Source of the DNA: Lepidodermella squamata
Taxonomy: Eukaryota > Animalia > Gastrotricha
Assembly (NCBI GenBank): GCA_047495785.1
Contig: JBLDXI010000042.1
Location: forward strand, 868,001 to 932,000
Length of the DNA: 64,000 nucleotides
Reading direction: 5' to 3'
Shown here piece by piece: positions 1 to 10,400 of this stretch. Position 1 is the first letter of the stretch. Each line of letters begins with the position of its first letter. A model generated the notes under the pieces. The model did not search any database. It was not told the DNA's origin and saw nothing but the letters and a program-made list of their open reading frames with translations. The position numbers and the translations under genes are program-made.

Positions 1-59
1 GATTAGTCTAATAAAGTCTACAGTTAATCCCCGATCAGAAACTGTACTCGTTTCATATA

Positions 60-383
60 CGCAAGAATAAGCTCTTGGTCTTGTTCAGCTCGAAAATGTT
101 TTTGGTTTGGTCTTATAAAACTTGGTTAAAATGTAAACTGCTGCGAGAATACCACCCAGTGTGGCCGAGAATGAAGTGTGTCAGAAACTATGCAGAATTA
201 GGAGCTTTTACCCTATCATCTGAAAAAATAATTGATAAAATAATTGAGCGAAATTGATATCAAAGATTTTGAACTCGTTAACAAGCCTAAACAAGGCTTT
301 ACATTTTCGGTTGGGTACAAAATTGGTTTTAGCCAAAATGACTGGGTGGTATTCTGGAGGCAGTTGGCAGTTTACATTTGAAC
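60..383. repeat. Rearranged relic of the intron/exon-25 boundary of the Cys-module/LamG gene family
   Basis: 215-383 matches 27130-27275, including the acceptor and first bases of the LamG exon of copy C. About 75-160 is the reverse complement of about 27237-27323. Confidence 0.7.
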
Positions 384-859
384 CTAGATCCTTAAAAAAG
401 TGATCTCGGGCTTGCTTTTAGATATGGCTAACCACGCGGATTTCAAATCTCAACACTCAACGCGTTGCTTCTCATAACTAAAAGATACCCTTATTGCAGT
501 TGCTTATAATATATACAGTTTAGTGTAGTTATCCGTTATCTTTCTGGTCGGTCCACCGATGTGGTTGCTTTCGGACATCGGTCGTAACTTACTCATCTAA
601 TTTTTACGATTGATCGTCCTTTTTCAGATCATGGGCCGATGCGCAAGAACAGCTATATGGAGGTTTGTCCTTCTCTTTACTGCACAATTGTTTCTTTATT
701 TTGTCGTACATAAGAGCTTCTGATATTATCACAAAGTTTAACAGTTTATGAATTTTTACCAATGGGTCCTCATTTTACCGGAACGTAATTTACAGTGAGC
801 TGAACCAATCTTTGGAATTTTCCAGTGGCCTGAAAGAAATATCGGATATTTCTTGAACG

Positions 860-1160
860 TCAAGAATGACCAGAATATATGCTTCTGACTAATTCACCAG
901 CAAAACAGCGTAACATTCTCTAGACTCTAGACGATGTAGCGTTCAATTCAGGACTCATCGGGATTCGCCAGAAATTCGTAGAAATATTTAAAAATGACTA
1001 ATTAATGTGAAAGGTGGAACAATTGAGATTTGAGATGAAATATGAATTTTCCATAATTTGTTCGCACATAACCTGACTCTTTCTTTTTCTGGAATTCATC
1101 GAATCAATGGCATTGAACAATCATGGACCGATTTCGAGGCATAAGGCCTGTGGTTCTGTC
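860..1160. repeat. Dispersed repeat; inverted copy at about 16300-16580
   Basis: gaattcatcgaatcaatggcattgaacaatcatggaccgatttcgaggcataaggc matches the reverse complement of gtcttatgccttgaaactggtccgtgattgctcaatgccattaattcgatgaattg. Boundaries are approximate. Confidence 0.7.
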
Positions 1161-1495
1161 AATGCCCGGATGCCCGGAAGTCCAACAACTACAGGGTTCC
1201 TATATATCGACCATATTTTAATGCAATTTGAGCCCATTTTCGGGTCAAAAATGCCCAAAAACAAAAAAGCGTCAGCTAAAGCTCGTCTCGCTCGCGATTT
1301 TTCAGGTAAACTAAAGTCCATGGAAGAAAGCCGCTTGCATTTTGTAACATTGTCAATGTATGAGAAACATATTGCATTGTTTTTATTTCCAAAATTTTTT
1401 TATAGCTCATAAAAAAAAAACATGTTGGTCAAGTTTTTAACTAGGATTAACTTTTCATTGTTCGATAGGGTTCAGCATTGTCGATGGCTATTGTT

Positions 1496-4400
1496 TCAGC
1501 GCATGCCCGGAACTGCGAAAGCGGCACAATTGATCTCGGCCAATCGCAACTCGCTAAAACTGACAATTTGGTTGAAAATGTTCACGCATGACACACTCCC
1601 ATTCAGCTGCTCTAGCGAATTAGACCATGATCTTGTAAAATGACCATCAGGCTGGTAAAATCTAGATTAACAAGAAGCGGAAACTTACCGCCCTAGAATG
1701 AATTGACCACTTTGTGTGACAGGCCGCTGGCCACTACCCACGGTAGTAATCTGGCTGTCGGCACGAAAATACGTTATAGTGCTGGTCTTAGCATGTATGA
1801 TAGCTAGAAACGACCAGCCTTTTTCCACATCAGTGGCGAAACTAAACGTGGATTGACCATAAGCCCGGATTTTGAAGGTTGAATTTTGTTCTGCTGTGAC
1901 TTTGAGTCCCAGAGTTGTTCCATCAGGAGCGAATTCGATTATCGGCATGTTCGATTGGCTTGACAATGTGGTCAAAAACGCGATGGTGAAACTGGTGGTG
2001 GCTAGCTTGACTTTGTCAGCAGTCACAACTATAGGATCAATCGATGAGTAGACGAAGGCAGTGTTCGCTACGCCAAACGGCCCTTCAGTCTGCGCGAGGG
2101 GTGTAATTGGAGGCGTTGCATCGGCTCTAGGTGCCACAACGTCGTTGAAATCGGACACCAGCGGCCATATAGCTATGTTTGATGGCACAACGGTCCTCAA
2201 TGATTCGCGGTGCCAAATTTTACCGGCGTGAATTTGCGCACACTTCTTCCTAACAATCCATAATTGTGGGATTGACAGAGCTCGATCGAAAATCGATAAG
2301 CACGTTATTTGACCTTGAAGACGGTTAGTGGCGCCGAGATTCGCTCCAACATTCATGGTATCGCTCGTAATGACTGGCCGCGATGAATGCGCCGGCACTG
2401 GCCACATAAAACTAACCCTGTCGCAAACAATCGCCATTTGATTCATTGAACTGTCGTATGAGACCGCGATAAAAACCCAAGGTTGATATGCCCCTGTTAG
2501 TGACTTGCAACTGAACGTTGTCGGCGTAGCTGCACTGCCTGTCAACAATCAATTAATATGGATTCGCAGCCATAAAAACTTCGATCAACGCTGTACCCGA
2601 AACCTCATGATTGTGGAATTACAGTGGCGTAACTACATTGTGTGACAACTTGCGCGTTCTAATTTTTTTTTCTCCAAAGCTTTTGTATGGAGAAGTCATG
2701 CACATAGCAAAAAGTGGTCACACAATGTAGGTCTCCCAAACTGGGCGGGAGGAGGGGGGGGGGGCAGCCTTGGGGCCAGCACATCCTTTCTTTTCTACAT
2801 ATTTGCGTATTTTTCAGACCAAAGACTCCCCCCTGTCGTACCCAGTGTGGATTTTTCCAGCCGGGTTGGCCGGTCCCCCCTGCCCCCTAGGTCACGCCCC
2901 TGTGGAATTACAAATTACAAGTATTTGAAAAAGTTCGAAATTGGGTTGTAGCTTCTGTGTACTGTGCCTATTTAGGTAACCTTACCCTATTACATTATTT
3001 TGGACTTCCTGAAGCTATTTCTATGTGTGATCTAGACTTGAGGGGTCAGAAGCTCGCGAGATATCCATGCTTGTTTCCGCGCCGATGGATTCATTTTCAA
3101 TCCGAAGATTTCAAAAATTATAGCTATCCAGAAAAATAGTTTGACAGATATTACAGATGTCTAGAATATCTGGGAGAGTTATGCCCTTTCTATCGCTCAA
3201 GATGTGACTAGGGATGAATTAGCATGTAGGTGGCCATATGAGCCGCCGAGATTAGGAACATAATATTGATTGATCAATCTAATATCCCCCCTAAATCTAG
3301 GATCAATCTAAAATATCTGCGATTGAATATTAAATTTTCTGAGGTCTTTTAAATAATTGTTGAAAATGGGACTTTACGCCAAACTGAACCTGATCAAACA
3401 ATGGTCCGAAGAAGCAAGGCAATCGGCAGACGAACCCGACTGGCAAAAATTCGACACCATGATCGAAGAATTGCAAACCGAGTATGTCGAGCTGCTTGAA
3501 AGCAAGATGCCGCGAATTATCGACACGAGTCGGCGACTGCACAAAGTGGAACAAGAAGACGCCGGTCATTGTGTCGTCGTTCACGGAGTACCCAACACTG
3601 CCGACTACGACAGCGTGTACGCGATCATGACGGACCTATTCGATTCTTTCGACAACTTCGTGCGAATGGGCCAGTCAAAGTCGTTCAAAGTAAGATTTTG
3701 TTCACAAGCAGCAGCTAACCAAGCGATGCGAAGAACGGCAAACAGAACAGATTTCAAGGTCCAACCGTACAAACCACCACATCAAGTGGTCTATGAGACA
3801 AAGCTCCTGGAACTTCGCGAAAAACAGCCAAACAAGGAAGAACTCAAGTTGGTCGGGGCGACACTGATTTACGAGAATGGCGAAGAGTTTGCCCGGTTCG
3901 ATTCCGTCAAGGATCGAATCGTCTTGAAATCCGAGGTGGACAAAAAAGTAGATGAAAACCAGGACAAGGAGGACAAAGAAAACGAGGTCAAAACAAACAA
4001 CAAGGACAAAGAGGTCAAAACGCTAAAGAAAGACAAAACAACAGCCGGTTCAAAGTTCAACCCCAACGACGGATGTTATGGGTGTGGCGAAATCGGTCAT
4101 TTCATTCGCGAATGTCCAAACAACAACACGCAAAAAGGTGGAACTGGACCACGACAACGGAAACAATTCTTCCCACAACAACGAGTTGACCAGCAGTTCA
4201 AACAACAACAACAACGTCAACACAGCCCGCAATTTCCACCCTTTCCGCAACAAAACACGCAGTACATGTACTCGAACTACCAGCAACAGCAACAACAGCC
4301 TCCGCTCAGCATCCCACTCAACCTGTTACCGGCTCTCTTATCGGCATCACTCCAGCCGTACCTCGGTGGCTACAGCCGTTGAAAAATCGAAACGAGAAAC

Positions 4401-7400
4401 TAACAACAATCTTTCAAACAATCGTTTTTTAATTCTGAATCAGGAGGATGGCGATCAGCGAACCACGGAGTCAGCCAAGGTCGTAAGTGAAGAGCCTGCT
4501 AAGCGCGCGCGTTATAAACCTAAATTTGATCAAAACAATCGGCTTTTCAGGACAGTAGCCATGTGCTCTATCAATATGGAAACTCTCACTAACAAAATTT
4601 GGGATTTTGAAGAAGAATGTTCAGAATTCGAAATTGTAGTATTTCAAGAGCACCGAATGAAAGGCCAAGGGAAAATCAATCTCAGTAACGGTACTTTATA
4701 CTATATCGGGGTGAGCAGTGGTAGAGCTCAAGCCGGGTGTGGTATCTACATCAGACGTTGTCATCAAATAAGGGTGATCAAAATTGAATTCGTAAGTGAA
4801 AGGATTCTGGTAGCTAAACTGAAAGTGTTTGGAGAAAATTTCAACATTATCGTGGTTTATGCCCCGGCAAATAACGATCTGGCAAAGCTAGAGGATTTTA
4901 TTACTCAGGTTCAAGATATTTACTATAGGCTAAATACCGGAGGTGGAAAAACGATGTTGATGGGCGATTTAAACGGAAGAATCATGAGCCAGAAAAATTC
5001 CAATAATGTAGGAGACTGGGCTGATAAAGTGGAAAACCCGAAAGGGGATAAATGGCTAAAATTTGCAAGTAGCAACAATTTATGTTTCGCTAATACTTTC
5101 TATCCTAATTGCGGATACACGTGGCGCAGCCGTGATGGTAGAAATAAAACTTTTATTGACTACATTTTAACATCTATACCCGACAGACAACAAATCCATA
5201 AGTGCTACACTATAGAATACCCTATGCTGAAGTCTGACCATCGAATGATTGTGGCGGAATTTAAATTTTATGTCAAAAATATCAAAAAGCCTGCGGACGC
5301 AAATCCAAAGGTGAAAAATCATCTTCTACGTCAAAAACAACACATCTCGACCTTCAATGAGCACCTTGAAAAGGAAAATCTGAACCAAAATATCAGTAAG
5401 GATCAAACTTCGTCTCTTTCACAAATTTATACTAGAGCAAAAACTGCCATACTTAGGGCAGCGAAGGTTACTTGCGGTGTAAACAACTCACGTGTAATGA
5501 AGAAACCGAAACCTCCTTGGTGGTGCCCAGAAGCAAAAGAGGCTATTCAAAAGGCCAAATATGCTTATGGGCAGTACCAAGAAGGGAAGATGAGCTCTGA
5601 GGAAAACAGAAAAGTTCTCCATTGGAAAAACAAAATTCTCGAAAAAGTAAAAAAAGATTTCGAATCCAAGCAATTCAAAGACCTGGATGACCTCCTCAAA
5701 GATGGCCAAGATTGGGAAAATCTTAAGCGGTTTTGGACTAAAATAAAAAACCTCCGAAATCCTAATTCACGAAACAAAAATATAGATAAAATTGAAACTA
5801 TAAACGGAGAAATTGCTACGGAACTCGATCAAATTTTAGAAGCATTAAAAGATTATTTTATGGAATTGCTAGATGGTCAGGAAATTGATGAACTTATCGC
5901 TATTTGTGACAAACACTTGCACCCACCAACAGAAGAACCAGATATGGAAGGAAATAGTTTACCTGTCCCGAATGAAGGTATAAGCTTGGCAGAGTTAAAA
6001 AACGCTATCAAGCATATGAAAAATGGCAAAGCCGCTGGTATTGACGACATAACCCCCGAAATGATCAAGGCCCTTGATGATACAAATATTAATTGGCTCC
6101 ATGATTTATTAAATAAAGCCTGGGTGGATAAGTTAATCCCAGAGGAATGGTCAACTGCCATCATAGTCCCTCTTTATAAAAACAAAGGTGAAAAATCTCA
6201 ATGCAAAAATTATAGAGGTATCTCGCTTTTAAGTATTGTTGGAAAATTATACGCCATCGTGCTAGAAAGAAAACTTAGGAATGTCATAGGGTCAAAAATT
6301 TCCAACAGACAATTCGGATTTCAACCAAGAAAAGGTACCCGAGACTGTATTTATATATTACGCCAAATTATAGAGAAAATTATTCTTCACAACAAACAAC
6401 TTCACTTAGTATTCATCGATCTAGAGAAAGCGTACGACCTTATTGATAGAGACAAAGTTTGGACAACCCTCAAAGACATGGGTGTGAAACCTGATCTGTT
6501 GGAAGCAGTAAAAAGTTTTTATAGCTCAAATAAGGTAGCGGTTAGAGTAGGCGACAAACTCTCAAAATTTTTCCAAACACAAAAAGGTCTGAGACAAGGT
6601 TGCCCGATGTCACCTCTCCTTTTTATAGCCGTGTTTAACAAAGTATGTGAAAAATTATACAACAGCGAAGGAGGATTTCCCCTCGATGAAAAGAAATTAT
6701 TGAATCTTTTGGCTTTTGCCGACGACGGCACGCTTATAGGTATGACTGACGAGGAGATTCGAACTCTCCTTGACATTTTCAATAAGGCATGTATAGAACT
6801 CGGACTTAAAATTAATGTTGCGAAAACCCAATACATGGTTGTAGGAGGCAAAGGAGATGAAGAACTATTTTTAGGTGATCAGAAACTCGAAAAAGTCGAC
6901 TCTTTTAAATATTTAGGAAGCATAATTACTAATGACGGAAAAATGGATAAAGAACTGAACGCTCGAATCGCCAAGGCAGGGAGCTGCTTTGGGGCAATGA
7001 ACAAATTTATGTGCAACAGAGGCCATATAAGTATAGAAACAAAAATGAAGGTTCTAAATTGTGTGATTATTCCTACCATCATGTATGCGTGTGAAACATG
7101 GAATCTAACAGTCGCACAAGAAAATAGCCTGAATGTAATTGAGATGCGATGGCTTCGAACAATTTTGGGCATAAAATTATTGGACTTCATACCTAACTAC
7201 GACCTCAGATTGGTTTGCGGTGGAGTCATAGAGGTCGGAAGGTTGATAGAAAAACAAAGAATGAGATACTTAGGCCACATTATTCGAGAAGATGAATATA
7301 ACGCTAGCAGCTTGACAAACGCAATGCTAAATTGGAATAACCCCGAAAAATGGAAAAAACCCAAAGGCGCACCTAAAACTACCTGGCGTCACGCAATGAA

Positions 7401-10400
7401 TAGAAGCCTCAAAAAAATAGGATTGGTCAAATTACAATACAAAAATATTTATGAAGGACCCCCGAAAGTTGGGAGACCGGCGAAAACAGCGGTCGTGATA
7501 AGGGTTGAAACTAAGGAAGTAGCTGATTGGGAACTGACGCAAATAGCAGCGCGAGATCGCGACGAATGGCGAATGCTAACTTTAACAATAGCGAATTTCG
7601 AATTTCATGCGAAAAGCAGGCTCTTCATGAATGTGACCGATGGCGGCACCCCGTGATCGCTGATCGTCACCCTCCCCTAAACCTTTGCGGTAAAACGGTT
7701 CCTCTTGTTGTGCGAATATTACCATCACAAGCCAACAATGAACCAGCGGAGGAGGAAAAATAAAACTTTTCATTGTTTCATTGTTTTCATTGTTTCATTG
7801 TTTCAATCTAATATTGATTTTTGGATTCTCCGTACTCGATTTAGTATTAGAAAGATCTTCTTGAGAGAACATAACTGCCCAAAGTCATTTGAGGAGCTTC
7901 CATGGCAAGTTAGGACCTAGTTCACCTAGTTCACCCTGTCCTTAGACGAGGGAAGAAGATCTTTTGAGACCAACAGGGTGAGGCTGTTCTCTCGAAAACT
8001 GCTTTATTAAATCGAGTGCGGAGAATCCAAAAATCAATATTAGAAGCTTCCAGCTATTACAGTTAGAGATCGAGAGAGTTCACCAAGATGACCCTAGATC
8101 TCCCCTAAGGGGGTACTAAGGCGTCGGAGGGGCTAAAAAATAAATCTTTCTGACCTCTTGTTTTTTTAACGGTTTCTAGGTAATTTGACCACGCTGAGTT
8201 CAGCGCAATTCACAGAAATGATCCATCCCTCATAGTTTTTGCGCTGCGACGTAGGGACGTAGCCTAGGACGACGCCGCGACTGCGCGCGCGCTCGTTGCC
8301 AAACGAAGAAACAAAATCCCGTTGCTAATGTAAACACAATATTTCTAAAATTCTAAAATCTTTATTATTTTACTTTTTAAATTTGTTTTCAAATGAAAAT
8401 TTAATTTGCAGTGGAAAACATGAACGCGAAATTTGAATTTCTCGTCGTTCACTTTTTTAGGGGGGGGGGCTGCAAAAAAGCTAAAATTCTGTGTGATTTT
8501 CTGAATGTAGGCTCATCATAATTTTAAGAGCCCGGCTTATGAATTTTGAAAAATTTTCGAAAAACTATTTTTTCGACCAAATTGAGGTCTGAGCTAAATT
8601 ACGGAGACCCCCCCCCCCCGTCATGAATTATGCTCCTCAATTTTTGGCGCGAAAAGCTAGAATGGCTGACCATCATGTCAGCCCATTGGTTGAAAATCAG
8701 AGGCTAAGCCTGAGCGCCTACTGGAAGGACTGTTTAGTGTGTTTACCCTGCCTTGAATCCCGCTGCTCTGTGGGTGACCAGTGAAAAATTAGTGATATTT
8801 TTCAAATCTAATAGTGATTTCTTTCGAGGACAAGAACAAATACTACCTGTGTAAATTTGTAAGGCGTTCGACGTAGGATTGTAATAGATTCGGAATAGCG
8901 CTGTGCTTTCGTAGAACTCAATCACTGGTACATCGGATAGAGGGAAATCCGCAAAGCCGACATAGGCAGAGATCGTGAATGAACGGTCGAGGACGATTTT
9001 GCTATCTGACACTTTAAAATAGCCGGCTGAATCGCCCACAGAAAGCGCTGTGTTACGATAGCCGAACGGCCCATAGTCGAACGACATGGAGGAGCTGCCA
9101 ACAATCGAAGCCCCAATATTATTTCCACTAATATCGCTGGCGCCGTAATTCGGCGTGAGAGCGAAGAAAGCCAGGTCCTGTGGCAACCCGAAAGGACGCT
9201 CTAGAAGGAAGTGGAAGAATTTTATTCTCGAAAAGGCACGGTGATGAAACAAACGCACCCTCGTTGCACAGTTCCAAAGAAGCGTAGATGGTATCGCTAT
9301 CTTGCACCTGAGTCATACTATGTTGAATGAGCTCTTAACAACAATTCATGCTCACAAAGTTTTGAGGACAATTGTTCGCCACGGAAACGCACGTAGCCGC
9401 CATCAGAAGTTCATTTGTGCACAGCTTGTACTGAAATATAAATATGAATGAATCAGCTTATCATTTCAAAATTCAAAATTACTTACGGACGACATGCAGG
9501 CGTTGTAATTCCAGGTGAAGGTCCCGTTTCCAAATACAGTTGTCTAAACACAAATAGTTAACAAAAGAAATAAACAGACACTCCTAAGGTGATCACACCG
9601 TGGGCGCTCCTCCCGGGCAAGATGGCGAATCCTGACAGAGTCCAGCGGTAGCGCACAGATAGGCATTCTGAAATTCGATTGAAAAAACTCGTTCGGAATT
9701 TAGTTACCACAGCTCGGTATTACCGCGTTATTGCATGCACTTTCGGACGTGTAAGTAACATTTCCAATCTATCAAAAATGTCGAATTTGGGGAGTTTGCT
9801 ATCACAGGTACTCAAGTTGACTCACACTTATCAGCGGGTTGGGACAAGACTGGCCAGGGAAGCATCCATTGAAGGACTTGTCGCCATTGTAGCAGTGGAA
9901 GTACAACGCATCTGATTTTGAGAAATTTATAAAGAAAAATTCGATATTTTTGTTGAAGATGGGCCTTACTTTTGCAAAAGACGAAAGAATCAAAGTTGAA
10001 GCCAGAAGCACTCGCAATCTATGCAAAACCGAATTCATGACTTGGAAGCTATAGAGTAACACTTACAGTTGGAGTTGGACAATCGGAGCTAATCGGGATG
10101 CAAACTGCCAGCAACTTTGTGTTCGAATCAATGCAGCTCTTATGCTTCCCCTGAGAAAGAATCAAGTGAAAGAATTGCGATAGAAATAAAAGGCAGAGTC
10201 ACCTGAATTGCAGATACACAAGCTTGGAAGTTGGTCGCAAAAGGTCCAGAGTCTGAGCCAACTCTTCCGAACTGTAATATAATATGATGGTTGTAGCAAA
10301 TTATCAACAATGTAGTTATTACGTCGTATTTGCCAGTGCCGCTTGGGCATGATTCAACGCAACTACCTCCGGTTGTAGCATCGTAACACATGCTGATAGA

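Larger units (their letters stand above)
3286..7802 (+). mobile_element. Full-length non-LTR retrotransposon (RTE/RTEX-like LINE), inserted antisense in intron 24 of copy A
   Basis: Two intact ORFs, a 3' (TTTCATTG)n tail at about 7768-7805, and a 12-bp TSD TCAATCTAATAT at 3274-3285 and 7803-7814. Confidence 0.95.

Noticed and set aside
2745-2765. G-rich run as a regulatory G-quadruplex
   Set aside because: It is internal to the hAT MITE, with no evidence of host function.
5488-7190. Minus-strand ORFs inside the LINE
   Set aside because: Antisense shadows of ORF2 with no motifs.
10049-10066. Apparent 18-nt intron GTAAGT...TATAG in copy A
   Set aside because: It leads to a stop; the acceptor at 10019 (48-nt intron) matches copy B exactly.
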